Assembly: GCA_965223345.1 (NCBI GenBank)
Contig: CBDCWG010000012.1
Span: forward strand, 1,760,001-1,824,000
Length of the DNA: 64,000 bases
Reading direction: 5' to 3'
Source: Nitrospinales bacterium
Lineage (GTDB): Bacteria; Nitrospinota; Nitrospinia; Nitrospinales; VA-1
Each line of letters begins with the position of its first letter. Position 1 is the stretch's first letter. The notes beneath the pieces are model-generated. The model had not been told where the DNA came from. It was given only the letters and a program-made list of their open reading frames with translations, and searched no databases. The position numbers and the translations under genes are program-made. Shown in pieces: positions 11,370 through 21,741 of this stretch.

Positions 11370-13076
11370 ATGTTGACGGTCTTCATTCTCGTGGGCTCCT
11401 GCCTGTTCTTCTATTTTGTCGGCTACCGCCTGTACGCCGGGCTTCTGGACCGCGACGTGATCCAGCCCGACGGCAGCCAGTCCACGCCGGCGGTCAAGCA
11501 GAGCGACGGCGTCGATTTCGTGCCCAGCAAACCGCTGGTGCTGTTCGGCCACAACTTCGCCTCCATCGCCGGGGCGGGGCCGGTGATCGGGCCGATCATC
11601 GCCATGCACCATTTCGGCTGGGCGCTGACCATCGTCTGGATCCTCATCGGCAACGTGTTCATCGGCGCGGTGCACGACTACATCACCCTCATGGTCTCGG
11701 TGCGCAACCGCGGCAGCTCCATCGCCGACATCGCCGAACGCACGATGGGCTCGCGCGCCAAGGTGGTGTTCGCGGTGTTTCTGGTGCTCGCCATGCTGCT
11801 GGTGGTCGCCGTGTTCGGCGTGGTGGCGGCGAAAACGCTGGTGGCGCAGCCGGAGATGGTGTTCCCGACCTTTGCCATCATCCCGCTTTCCATGCTGCTC
11901 GGCTGGTTCATCTACAAGCGCAACGCCAACCTCGTGCTGGCCTCCACCGTTGCGGTGGGCGTGCTGATCCTCAATATCTACATCGGTTTCAAGTTTCCCA
12001 TTCCGCTGGAGGACGGGCTGTTCGGCCTGTCGCCGCTGATGGTGTGGTTCGTCGTGCTCATGCTGTACGCGGGCATCGCATCGGTGCTGCCGGTGCAGAT
12101 CCTGTTGCAGCCGCGCGATTATCTCTCCACCTACGTATTGTTCGGCTCGATGGCGCTCGGCATCCTCGGGCTTTTGTGGGTGCAGCCGGAGATCAACACC
12201 CCCGCGTTCCGCGGCGGGTTTTCCGACGTGCAGGGGCCGGTGTGGCCGATGCTGTTCGTGCTGGTGGCCTGCGGAGCGGTGTCGGGCTTTCATTCGCTGG
12301 TGGCGGGCGGCACCACCTCCAAGCAGCTGGCGACCGAAGCGCACGGCAAGCCGATCAGCTACGGCGGCATGCTGACCGAAGGCGTGGTGGCGGTGGTGAC
12401 GGTGCTGCTGGTGGGCGGCGGCCTGTACTGGGTCGCGCCGGTGGGCGGCAATGTGGACATGGCGGCGCTCGGCTTCCGCGAGACCCTGCAATCGGGCGGC
12501 TGGATCCTGGCGTTCGGCAACGGGTTCGGCAACGTGGTGCACCAGATGCTGCCGATGCTGAGTTTCACGTTCGCCTCGATGATCGCGGTGCTGGCGCTCA
12601 ACACCTTCGTGCTGACGACGCTGGACACGGCGGTGCGCATCACGCGCTTCATCGTGCAGGAATCGCTGGGCCGCCGGGTGCCGGTGTTCCAGAACAAATA
12701 CGTGACCACGGTGGCGGTGATCCTGCTCGCCTACTGCATCGGCGCGACCGAGGGCTGGCAGAAGATCTGGCCGATCTTCGGCGCGACGAACCAGCTCATA
12801 GCAGCCGTGGCGCTGATGGTGGGCTCCACCTATCTCATCGCCATGAAGAAACCGACCGGCTACACGCTGTATCCCGCGATCTTCATGGTGATCACGACGA
12901 TCGGCGCGCTGGCCTGGCAGGCCTACCGCTTTTTCAGCGCTCCGGAGCCCAACTACCTGCTCGGGGCGTCGTCGCTGGTGCTCATCGGCCTGGCGGTGTT
13001 CGTGGGGCACGAGGGCGTGCAGGCGCTGCGCGGACGGGGTCTGGGGACGCTGAAACCGGCGCGGTCCGAGGCCTGA
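11370..13076 (+). CDS. cstA: Carbon starvation protein A family transporter
   Basis: TPA...DGVDFVP, FGHNFASIAGAGP, ACGAVSGFH, FGATNQL. Confidence 0.95.
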   Translation: MLTVFILVGSCLFFYFVGYRLYAGLLDRDVIQPDGSQSTPAVKQSDGVDFVPSKPLVLFGHNFASIAGAGPVIGPIIAMHHFGWALTIVWILIGNVFIGAVHDYITLMVSVRNRGSSIADIAERTMGSRAKVVFAVFLVLAMLLVVAVFGVVAAKTLVAQPEMVFPTFAIIPLSMLLGWFIYKRNANLVLASTVAVGVLILNIYIGFKFPIPLEDGLFGLSPLMVWFVVLMLYAGIASVLPVQILLQPRDYLSTYVLFGSMALGILGLLWVQPEINTPAFRGGFSDVQGPVWPMLFVLVACGAVSGFHSLVAGGTTSKQLATEAHGKPISYGGMLTEGVVAVVTVLLVGGGLYWVAPVGGNVDMAALGFRETLQSGGWILAFGNGFGNVVHQMLPMLSFTFASMIAVLALNTFVLTTLDTAVRITRFIVQESLGRRVPVFQNKYVTTVAVILLAYCIGATEGWQKIWPIFGATNQLIAAVALMVGSTYLIAMKKPTGYTLYPAIFMVITTIGALAWQAYRFFSAPEPNYLLGASSLVLIGLAVFVGHEGVQALRGRGLGTLKPARSEA

Positions 13077-13155
13077 GGCCGCAGCGGTTGGATTTGCGGG
13101 AAATCTGTACTATCATAAGGCCATCTTTTCAGAGCCCGGACGGGAAAGGCACAGC

Positions 13156-13827
13156 ATGAAGCTCAGTGAAATCCTCGCGGCGCGCGAGAAGGCGAAAGAG
13201 AAAGCGATCCAGGGCGGCGGGGCGCGGGTTTCCACGGCGGCTCCGCAGACGGCCGGGAAAAAAGCCCTCAAAGTGGTGCGCACGCGCGAGACCCCCAACG
13301 ACGACGCGTTGCAGTTCGTCATCAACGCCGTGATCCTCGACACCGGCAACCGGTCCTACGCGTCCGCCGAAGACTGTGCCGACGATCCGATGGGGCAGGC
13401 GCTGTTCGATCTCAACGGCGTGGACAACGTGTACGTCATGCAGAATTTCGTGACGGTGACCAAGTACCCGGAAACCGACTGGTCGCCGCTCAAGGACAAA
13501 ATCTGGAAAGCCATCGACAAGCACGTGAGCGTCTACAAAGTCGTGGACAAGGTGGTCGCGGCGGAGATCGACGTCACCAATTTCCCCAACCTGTCCGAGG
13601 AAGACAAGATCAAAGGCGTCGAGATGGTGCTCAACCGCTCGATCCGCACCAACCTGGCGCGCGACGGCGGCGGCGTGGAAGTGAAGGGGATGGAAGGCAA
13701 CACCGTCCGCATCCAGTACCACGGGGCCTGCGGCAGCTGCGCCACCTCCACCACCGGCACCCTCAAATACATCGAAACGCAACTGCAACAGCAGCTCCAC
13801 TCCGACCTCACAGTCCAGCCTGTTTGA
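13156..13827 (+). CDS. Nfu-type Fe-S scaffold (NFU N-terminal domain plus NifU C-terminal domain)
   Basis: TPNDDALQF, NFVTVTK, DGGGVE...GACGSC. Confidence 0.85.
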   Translation: MKLSEILAAREKAKEKAIQGGGARVSTAAPQTAGKKALKVVRTRETPNDDALQFVINAVILDTGNRSYASAEDCADDPMGQALFDLNGVDNVYVMQNFVTVTKYPETDWSPLKDKIWKAIDKHVSVYKVVDKVVAAEIDVTNFPNLSEEDKIKGVEMVLNRSIRTNLARDGGGVEVKGMEGNTVRIQYHGACGSCATSTTGTLKYIETQLQQQLHSDLTVQPV

Positions 13828-13939
13828 TTATTATTCGAATACTAGGTGGTTCCATTTCGTTGATCCACCGCTTTAAATCAAATAGCTGTAAATCTTTCTT
13901 TTATTTCAACGCCTTGTTGATAGTTTTTATCAAAGTAGT

Positions 13940-15925
13940 TCATTGAGCGCATTCATCTTTGGATAGGTCTTTAGCTTCGTTCGTTCGAGCCCACCGTAAA
14001 AAGGCTTTTGCCAGCTTATATTTTGAAAAATCACTGATCTCATCGGTGAACACATCTACAATTGGACGTTTTGGTTGAGCGTTTGCAGTAGCCTCAATAT
14101 CCCACGTTAGGTCAGCCTTCGCTATTTTGACTAGTGTGTCTCGTAGTAAGTCCTCTATTTCGGGGTGAGAGACTTGACCAACATATGCGTCTTTTGTTCG
14201 CAAAATATTTTTGTTGCCAAGCTTATGAACTAATACATCCTGTTGTGCGGCTTGATCCCCGGCTGAGTCGGAGTCCAATAGTGCGGCTACTTTGAGATTG
14301 TGAGCGTGGAGGATTGTCGCATAATAAACAACCTTGCCAGCTGTATTTGCCGAAATTAAAGCAATCTTATCATTAAGGTCAACCAATTTTGCTTCTCTTA
14401 ATAGAAGTGATACTGATTCGAGATACCAGTAATCAGTTAACCCTTCTAAGACTAAATTGCGTTGTTGAGAAAATAAGCTTTGTGCAAGGTCATAGCCTAA
14501 AGCTTCTTGTAGTGGAAGAAGTGAGGCTGGATCATCTGCCATAACATTTGTATGAACCTTAGTACCTACTTTTCTTTCAGTCATTTCTACAACACGCACA
14601 AGGTCAAGCTCATCAGGACCAACCAGAAAAGGGGAGTGTGTCGTATAAAGAGTTTGGTTTTTTTCAGCAAGGCGTGAAATGGTTTTTCGAAAATCACGTT
14701 GTTTTAACCCATGGAGACTTAACCCAGGTTCATCAAGTAATAATATTGCATTTTTATGCTTATCAACAGCTTCAGCAAAAAAAACAACAAAGAAGGAAAC
14801 TAGCCATTGATAGCCTTCTGATCTCTGGTCCAACTCAATTTCAACACCCAGATCATCTACAACTACAACTTTGAGATATTGTTGGTCTGCTCTAATAGAT
14901 AGTTGATCTGCCTCGTCCTTTTCTGGGTCAGGAAGCCATGTTTTACCGATTTCATTTGTAAGCCTTACACTCGCTGCATTTAAACTGTATTGTCGATTAT
15001 CAAGTTGATCTTTATATTTTTGTAACGCATCCAGATCTCCTGGAGGAGGTTCGGCAACCTTACCAAGATCAGATAATTCTCTTGGGGTAAAACCTAATAA
15101 TTTTAATAGACACTCATTACCGTAATCATATTGCTTGTCATCAAGCAGGCCTTCTTCTATACGAGTAGCAAGATGCCCAAGGTGTATTGTAGGGCGAACA
15201 CGAAAGTAATTATTAAAAAGCACAAATATTGGCATACGTTTATAGAGCGTCTTAAGCGCAGAACTACGCTTATTGTCAATTAATACACTATTCATTAGCC
15301 GATCATATCGTTCCTCTTCTGAAGAGTTATTTTCATCAATAAGTGTATATACTTTTTCAAGCCAATTTTTAAGATGTTCAGCTGAATCTCCCTGAATAGA
15401 AATTTTATCAGTCCAATATTTTGTTATGGAATAAAGTTGAACACTAGGTTTCTCTTGTGTATCTTCTTCTTTCTCGGGTCTGGGAACACGGGTATCAACA
15501 TGTGCACATAGTCGTTTTAGATCTTTTTTAAGGTCACCATAAGTAGGAATTTCAGGGCCACCATTCAGTGAATGCAAACAACTATTATCTAGTTTGCGCC
15601 AAAACACATATTCACAATCTTTAAATTCTTCTGATAATTGCTCAATATCCTCTTCATCAAGTGAAAACTGTCCCTCAACAATTCGCTCTTCTGATGGATC
15701 AACTAATTTTTTTGTTATATCGTTAAACTTTGAACGCGGATAATCCCTCAACGGATCGAAACCATCAACTCCTTCAGGAGCATTAATCTGTTGAAGAGCC
15801 CGAAGTACAGCGCTTTTCCCAGCTTCATTTGGACCAACAAAGATTGTTTTATCAGTCTCAACTTCGAAATAACCAGTATCCATGATACTTCGGTATTTTC
15901 GGACACGCGCCCTAATTAATCGCAT
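13940..15925 (-). CDS. OLD-family-like ABC ATPase + TOPRIM nuclease (AT-rich, foreign)
   Basis: Walker A GPNEAGKS, RSEG signature, LLLDEPG, TTHSPF, TOPRIM EGLTD and DSD. Confidence 0.85.
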   Translation of the reverse strand: MRLIRARVRKYRSIMDTGYFEVETDKTIFVGPNEAGKSAVLRALQQINAPEGVDGFDPLRDYPRSKFNDITKKLVDPSEERIVEGQFSLDEEDIEQLSEEFKDCEYVFWRKLDNSCLHSLNGGPEIPTYGDLKKDLKRLCAHVDTRVPRPEKEEDTQEKPSVQLYSITKYWTDKISIQGDSAEHLKNWLEKVYTLIDENNSSEEERYDRLMNSVLIDNKRSSALKTLYKRMPIFVLFNNYFRVRPTIHLGHLATRIEEGLLDDKQYDYGNECLLKLLGFTPRELSDLGKVAEPPPGDLDALQKYKDQLDNRQYSLNAASVRLTNEIGKTWLPDPEKDEADQLSIRADQQYLKVVVVDDLGVEIELDQRSEGYQWLVSFFVVFFAEAVDKHKNAILLLDEPGLSLHGLKQRDFRKTISRLAEKNQTLYTTHSPFLVGPDELDLVRVVEMTERKVGTKVHTNVMADDPASLLPLQEALGYDLAQSLFSQQRNLVLEGLTDYWYLESVSLLLREAKLVDLNDKIALISANTAGKVVYYATILHAHNLKVAALLDSDSAGDQAAQQDVLVHKLGNKNILRTKDAYVGQVSHPEIEDLLRDTLVKIAKADLTWDIEATANAQPKRPIVDVFTDEISDFSKYKLAKAFLRWARTNEAKDLSKDECAQ

Positions 15926-16164
15926 GATATTTTCTCCCTTAGTATTATTAAATGTGTGGTTCTGATTTTATGTGGGGGGGGGGAGGTTGTTTGCTGCTCA
16001 TGCAATGTTCAATTATGGGAGGAACCCTTGCTTTTAAAATAGCGAGGTAGGTTCCAAATTTCATTCACTCATTTTACCGTAGCATGAGTTTGCCCAAATG
16101 GGAATTTGTGGTGTAATTCCCATACCCATTTGAATTTCGTTTTTTTCTAGCGAGGCAGCACCAA

Positions 16165-16788
16165 TCAGGGGTGCGACCCGGTTTCGTTACGGGCGTGCCG
16201 CTGCATAAACCAACCGGGGACGCCCAGGGTGGTGTCTTCCTCCATCACTTTAAAGCCGAAGCGTTGGTAGAATTTGACGTTCACGGGTTTGTCGGCCTCG
16301 AGATAGGCCATCGATTGTTCCGCATCCATTCTGGCACAGAACGCCTGCATTAAAGCGGTGCCGATGCCTTTTCCCCTAAGATGGAAATCGACGGCGATCG
16401 GCCCGAAATGCCAGTGCGCGGCTTGAGGATCGTGCCGGTTCCAGCCCGCCTGCCACCGGTCCACGCGGTAGAGCAACCCCAGACCGCCGCTCCACAGCGC
16501 CGGTAGGTAGGCCAGTTTCTCCACGACCGTGGCCTGGCAGCGCCCCGGCTCCAGCAGGGCGCAGACACCGACGAGCGTGTCTTTATCGAACGCCCCCCAA
16601 ACCTCTCCCTTTTTCCTGTATTGATCCAGCACCACTGCGAACATGCGCGTCAGCGCCGCGATTCGGCGGTCGGGATCGCCCTGGAAAACCTTCAGGAATA
16701 TAGGATTGTCCTGCATGCCGCGTCCCAGCAGCTGCGCCGCTTTGGGGAACTCGGGTTGTGCCAGCGCACGGATCTCAGGCGGGTTCAT
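16165..16788 (-). CDS. GNAT N-acetyltransferase
   Basis: RGKGIGTAL, AYLE...NVKFYQRFGF. Confidence 0.9.
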   Translation of the reverse strand: MNPPEIRALAQPEFPKAAQLLGRGMQDNPIFLKVFQGDPDRRIAALTRMFAVVLDQYRKKGEVWGAFDKDTLVGVCALLEPGRCQATVVEKLAYLPALWSGGLGLLYRVDRWQAGWNRHDPQAAHWHFGPIAVDFHLRGKGIGTALMQAFCARMDAEQSMAYLEADKPVNVKFYQRFGFKVMEEDTTLGVPGWFMQRHARNETGSHP

Positions 16789-16801
16789 TGCGTCCGGTTG
16801 T

Positions 16802-18544
16802 TCAGCGCAGCAGTTTGAATTTGGGTTTTTCGAGGGAGCCGGTGACCTTGAAATGGGTCTCCAGCGGCTGGTTGCGTTTGGGGTTTTTCAGCCATTTATC
16901 CAGCCCCGGCAGGACGTTGGCCATGTCCTTGATCAGTTTGAGCGGCACGGCCTTGACCTTGGCCTGCACCTTGCCCGAGGGCAGGTCGGTGTTGCCCTTC
17001 ACATCCAGCGTGAGCTGCGGCCCGTCGAGCGCCAGGTTCTCGGTGGCCATCAGGCCGTCGCGGATTTGAAAGTCGCCGCCCAACCGGTTGAACTCCAGCC
17101 GCGATTTTTTCTGTTCCTTCTTGGAAAACAGGTTGAGCACGGTGAGCAGTTTTTCCATCTCGCCGACTTTTTCAATGCTGCCTTCGTTCATTTTCAGCGT
17201 GAAGTTTCCCGACAGGCCGCGGGCGAAATGCAACTTGGCTTTTTCCTTCTGTTTTTCCGGTGGGGTCACGCTGCCGTTGAACTGGCCCTGAAACTGCGCC
17301 GGGCCGGAGACGGATTTTTTCAGAAAATCCTCGGCGCGCAACTCGCTGCCCTTGAGATCGAAACGGTAGGTCTTGGCCGCCGTCTCATACAGGCCGCTGA
17401 GATCGATGACGCCGTGCTGTGGCCAGACTTTTCCCTCGGTCAGCGTGATGATTTTCGGCTGCACGTGCACTTTCGCTTTGGCTTTCTGAAACGCGATGCC
17501 CTGCACGTTCAGATCCTTCACCACAACGTCCGCTTTAGGTTCGAGCAGCGGGCTCTCGGCGAGGGTGACCGTCGCTTCCTGCCATTGCTGGCGCGTGCCG
17601 TTCACGTTGAGGAAGATGCGGTTCGCGGTGAGCGTGCCCGCGCCTTTGAGGTCGCCGAGGTCTTGGGTCTTCGCATCGAGCGGCAGAGCACCGCACACGC
17701 GCACGGTTCCCGATGCGGTGCCGCGCAGAAATTTCCAGTCCGGCGATTTCAGCCAGTCCACTTTGGATAGCTGCACTTTTTCCAGCGTGAGTGTGGAATC
17801 GAGGGTGGCGGTTTCCGCGGCTTCATCCAGCAGGGTGGTTCCTTTGCTGTGCAGTTTCCCCTGATAGAGATTGCCCTTGAGCTCGTGCGTCCATTTGGGA
17901 TGCGCCCAGCTGGCGCGGCCGTGCAGTACGCTGAAGCGGACGCGCTTGTCCTTGAGCTTGAATCCGGCGTTGGTGATTTTAAAAACCGTTTTGGCCGAGG
18001 CGGTGCGCATGAGCGAGGGGAAATCCCGCGTGTCGGCAAGCTGGGCCTGCCAGTTGAGCGTCATCCATTCCAGCTCGCCCTCGTGCAGCACGCCGGGGAA
18101 GATCATCTTCGCCAGCTTCGGGTTGGTGTTCTGCAACTCCTTCAACGGGAAGGGGCGGGATTTGAGTTTCATCGTCACCCGCGCCGCCGGGGAATACACG
18201 TTTTGCAGATACGCGGTGCCGCGAAACGGAATGCCCTGGATATCGAGCGCGACACCCTGCAGCTCCGCATCCACTTTCGGCCGGTCCGGCGGCGTGCCGG
18301 GAGCGGCTTTGGCGGCGGGATGCACGATCAACCGCTCGTAGTTGAGCTTTGCGTCCTTGAGCGCCGAATTTGCGAGGGCCTTCTGGATGAAATCCGCCAC
18401 CGCTTTCTGTTGCCCGGATTTTACAGCCGGTTTGCTCTGAGTCGCTGGCTTGGCGGCCGGGCCGCTTCCGCCGAGCAACAGCGTCGCGGCAAGCAGGACG
18501 GGGAGGATGCGTTTTTTCGAGTGGGGTTGTTTCGGGCGCTGCAT
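16802..18544 (-). CDS. AsmA-like C-terminal domain protein with signal peptide
   Basis: Beta-rich; C-terminus FQIRDG...LDGP...FKVTGSLEKPK. Confidence 0.75.
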   Translation of the reverse strand: MQRPKQPHSKKRILPVLLAATLLLGGSGPAAKPATQSKPAVKSGQQKAVADFIQKALANSALKDAKLNYERLIVHPAAKAAPGTPPDRPKVDAELQGVALDIQGIPFRGTAYLQNVYSPAARVTMKLKSRPFPLKELQNTNPKLAKMIFPGVLHEGELEWMTLNWQAQLADTRDFPSLMRTASAKTVFKITNAGFKLKDKRVRFSVLHGRASWAHPKWTHELKGNLYQGKLHSKGTTLLDEAAETATLDSTLTLEKVQLSKVDWLKSPDWKFLRGTASGTVRVCGALPLDAKTQDLGDLKGAGTLTANRIFLNVNGTRQQWQEATVTLAESPLLEPKADVVVKDLNVQGIAFQKAKAKVHVQPKIITLTEGKVWPQHGVIDLSGLYETAAKTYRFDLKGSELRAEDFLKKSVSGPAQFQGQFNGSVTPPEKQKEKAKLHFARGLSGNFTLKMNEGSIEKVGEMEKLLTVLNLFSKKEQKKSRLEFNRLGGDFQIRDGLMATENLALDGPQLTLDVKGNTDLPSGKVQAKVKAVPLKLIKDMANVLPGLDKWLKNPKRNQPLETHFKVTGSLEKPKFKLLR

Positions 18545-18688
18545 AGGCGATGGTGTCTCCTGATGGGGTTGCGGTGGATTGCGGGTGTGGCGTGCGGTTT
18601 TCCGGCTGCGGGGCGAATCGTTGCGCCTCACTCCACCTTACCCTCCAATCTACCCGAAAAGGAAGCGGATTTCAGTAAGCATTAAAAT

Positions 18689-18701
18689 AATCAATATGTT
18701 A
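18689..18701 (+). promoter_or_regulatory. IHF-like site in divergent promoter region
   Basis: AATCAATATGTTA matches WATCAANNNNTTR. Confidence 0.4.
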
Positions 18702-18737
18702 TGATGCTGGTATCGAACCTGAAAAAAGTCTCCCCGC

Positions 18738-20024
18738 ATGGAATTTTCTGGCAAGACCCGCAAAATTCTGCTCATTTCCCTGTTTCTGGCGCTGGCGGTC
18801 TGGGCCGTCACCGGCGGGCCGCTTTCCTCATTATTGAAGAATTTCAACGGGAATGGAAGCCGCCCCCTGAAAGCGGCGGATTTCAAGTTTTCCCCCGTGC
18901 AGCGGCAGGACATCCACCGCAAGGTGCTGGCCACCGGTTCGGTGACGCTGAAAACCGGCGCGGAGGTGAAAATCGGCGCGCGCATCTCCGGCAAGGTGAA
19001 GGAGCTGCGCGTGCAGATCGGCGATTTCGTGAAAGAGGGCGACCGCATCGCCGTCATCGAGCACGAGGACCTGCTGGCGCGGGTGGCGCGCTTCAAGGCG
19101 GACCTGCGCGCCGAGGAAGCGAAGCTCGCCAAGACGCGCGAGGAAGGCCCGCTGGAGGTCAACAAGGACAAGGCGGAGTTGGAGGAGCAGCACGTGCAGC
19201 ACGCGATGGCGGGCAAGATGTACAAGCGCAACCTCGAACTCAGCAAGAAGGGGTTCGTGTCCACGACGGTGGTGGACGAGTGGCAGGAAAAGGTGGAGGT
19301 GCTGCGCGCCAAGATCCGGCTGGCCGAGGAGGAGTTGAAGCTGCAGGAGGCGCGGCTGCAAAACGACATCCGCCTGGCCGAGGCGATGGTGGAAAAAGCC
19401 CGGGCGAACCTGAAGGAAGAGGAAACGCGTCTCACCTACGCCAAGATCGACGCGCCCATCTCCGGCGTCGTGGCGTTCATCTCGACGCAAGAGGGCGAGA
19501 CCGTGGTGGCGAGCTTGAATGCGCCGACGTTCGTGACGCTGATCGACCTGCTCAAGCTGGAGGTGACGGTGTTCGTGGACGAGACCGACATCGGTCAGAT
19601 CAAAGTGGGGCAGAAGGCGCGGTTCACGGTGGACGCCTATTCGGACAAGTTTTTTGAAGGCGTCGTGCGCGACATCCATCCCAAGGCGGTGATCAAGGAC
19701 AACGTGGTGAACTACGAAGTGATCCTCGAGATCGATCCGGAGAACATCGCGCTGCTGCGTCCCGAGATGACGGCGAACGTGGTGATCACCACCGGCACGC
19801 GCAAGGACGTGCTCACCATCCCCAAAGAGGCGATGAAGCGCAAGGGCAAGAAAACCTTCGCGGTGGTCAACGCGGGCGGGCAGCTGATCGAGAAACCCAT
19901 CGAAACCGGCTGGCGCGAAGAAGGCCGGGTGGAAATCGTCAGCGGCCTGGAAGAGGGCGATCCCGTCGGCGTTCCCGTCAAGCCCAAGGTCGAGAGCAAA
20001 CGCGGACGGCCCCGAAGGCGGTGA
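18738..20024 (+). CDS. Efflux periplasmic adaptor subunit (MacA-like)
   Basis: IGARISGKV, IDAPISGVV, GETVVASLNAPT, VDETDIG, LRPEMTANV. Confidence 0.92.
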   Translation: MEFSGKTRKILLISLFLALAVWAVTGGPLSSLLKNFNGNGSRPLKAADFKFSPVQRQDIHRKVLATGSVTLKTGAEVKIGARISGKVKELRVQIGDFVKEGDRIAVIEHEDLLARVARFKADLRAEEAKLAKTREEGPLEVNKDKAELEEQHVQHAMAGKMYKRNLELSKKGFVSTTVVDEWQEKVEVLRAKIRLAEEELKLQEARLQNDIRLAEAMVEKARANLKEEETRLTYAKIDAPISGVVAFISTQEGETVVASLNAPTFVTLIDLLKLEVTVFVDETDIGQIKVGQKARFTVDAYSDKFFEGVVRDIHPKAVIKDNVVNYEVILEIDPENIALLRPEMTANVVITTGTRKDVLTIPKEAMKRKGKKTFAVVNAGGQLIEKPIETGWREEGRVEIVSGLEEGDPVGVPVKPKVESKRGRPRRR

Positions 20025-20060
20025 GAGGTTTCCAGATAGAAAAAAGGACGATCCCAAGAA

Positions 20061-20693
20061 TCACGGAATCGCCAGCAGTTCCTTGTACTTCACGCCTTTG
20101 GCGTAGTCGATGATGGTGTCGCGTTCCACCTGCCGGCCCTTGACGGTCACCATGTAGCGTTTCTTGACGACGACGTTGGCTTCGCCGCGTTCCCGTTTCT
20201 CCTGATACTTGACGACGGCTTTGTGCCCGCGGATGCGTTCCAGTTTGCCCTGGGCGTTTCCAGCCTGGGCGAACATGGGATTGGTGAGCATCATCAGGGT
20301 GCTCTGGATCATGGGCGAGTCCGCGGCGATGGTGATTTCGATCGAGCTGCGGTCCTTTTTGTATTTCTGGCTCACGATGATGCCGCCGCCCAGAAAGGCC
20401 GCGCCCGCCGACTGCACCTTGGCTTCCTCGGCTTCCCAGCCTTCCAGCGCTTTCGGCAGGCCCACTTTCAACAGCTCGCCTTTTTTCTGCCGGGTCTGCT
20501 GCGCGGCGTAGCCGAACATTTCCGCGGCTTCCGTGTATTCCTGGTTCTTGTACAATTCGATCGCTTCGTTGGCGGCTTCCAGCACGTCGTCTTTTTGTTT
20601 CTCATCCGCGGCCCAGAGCGCCGGGCAGATCGCCAGCAGAAACAGAATCAGGGTCGCAAGGGTCCATGGGGTGGTTTTCGGGATCGTTCGCAT
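20061..20693 (-). CDS. Hypothetical exported protein
   Basis: Signal peptide (ALWA); AAGGAG RBS. Confidence 0.8.
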   Translation of the reverse strand: MRTIPKTTPWTLATLILFLLAICPALWAADEKQKDDVLEAANEAIELYKNQEYTEAAEMFGYAAQQTRQKKGELLKVGLPKALEGWEAEEAKVQSAGAAFLGGGIIVSQKYKKDRSSIEITIAADSPMIQSTLMMLTNPMFAQAGNAQGKLERIRGHKAVVKYQEKRERGEANVVVKKRYMVTVKGRQVERDTIIDYAKGVKYKELLAIP

Positions 20694-21012
20694 GTTCGCT
20701 CCTTCTCGTCTTGGTGGCGTCTGCGCCGCGTTGCGTTTTGTCGCGACGATGGCTCGAGAGCCCAGCCGGGAAAAAGCTCAAGGCCCGAGTTTGTCACGGT
20801 TTCCGGGGTTTTCTGGTTGAGTGCTAAGATACCTTTCCCCGGGCGCAGAGACAACCCTTTTGCCGCCTCATTTCGATTTCGGAAATTCGGTGCGGGCATC
20901 GCGCTGCCGATAGGGACGGAAAAATCGCGCCGCCGGTCGTCCTGCACGCGGCAGGCGGCTTGGGTTATACTGAAAAAGCCTGTGCCTGAAAACTTTTCAA
21001 TGGGTTTGCCGC

Positions 21013-21741
21013 ATGCCGCTGATCGAGATGATCGCGATCTCCAAAGTCTACAAAAACGCCGACCTGGAAGTGCCGGTGCTGAAAGACGTGTCCCTCACCA
21101 TCGAGGAGGGGGAGTACGTCAGCATCATCGGGCCTTCGGGCGCGGGCAAGAGCACGCTGATGACGATCATGGGCTGCCTGGCGCTTCCGACCTCCGGGCT
21201 GTACATTCTCGATGGGGAGGAGGTGGAGCGGGTGAGCGACAAGGAGCTGTCCCGCATCCGCAACGAGAAGATCGGGTTCGTGTTCCAGGCGTTCCACCTG
21301 CTGCCGGGCGTCAAGGCGGTGGACAACGTGATGATGCCGCTGCTCTACAGCGACCGGGTTCCCGAGGACGCGCACGAACGCGCGGCGGCGGCGCTCACGC
21401 GGGTGGGGCTGGCGCACCGGCTCGACCACACGCCGGGCCAGCTTTCCGGTGGCGAGCAGCAGCGCGTGACCATCGCGCGCTCGCTCATCAACCGGCCCAA
21501 GATCATTTTAGCGGACGAGCCGACGGGCAACCTGGATTCGAAAAACGGCGCCGAGATCATGAAGACCTTCGACCAGCTCAACCGCGAGGGCACCACGGTG
21601 ATCCTCATCACGCACGAGGCGGATGTGGCGCAGCATGCCCGGCGCATCATCACCATCAAGGACGGACAGATCGAATCGGACCGCACGCATGCGACTGTTA
21701 CGCAATCTCAACCAAGCCCTGAGGGGACTGCGCTTCAATAA
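21013..21741 (+). CDS. ABC transporter ATP-binding protein (MacB/LolD type)
   Basis: [25 protein letters not shown]. Confidence 0.95.
   Translation: MPLIEMIAISKVYKNADLEVPVLKDVSLTIEEGEYVSIIGPSGAGKSTLMTIMGCLALPTSGLYILDGEEVERVSDKELSRIRNEKIGFVFQAFHLLPGVKAVDNVMMPLLYSDRVPEDAHERAAAALTRVGLAHRLDHTPGQLSGGEQQRVTIARSLINRPKIILADEPTGNLDSKNGAEIMKTFDQLNREGTTVILITHEADVAQHARRIITIKDGQIESDRTHATVTQSQPSPEGTALQ

Noticed and set aside
13940..13942. Selenocysteine readthrough of the in-frame TGA
   Set aside because: No SECIS-like hairpin after it and the position is not in a redox motif; a Trp nonsense change is simpler
15948..16064. 38-codon minus-strand ORF MKFGTYLAILKAR... resembling the start of an XRE HTH protein
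   Set aside because: Similarity covers only a few residues and the ORF runs through the C10 tract; insufficient support
18707..18723. sigma54-like motif TGGTATCGAACCTGA before the adaptor gene
   Set aside because: -12 element is GA, not GC, and it is very close to the ATG
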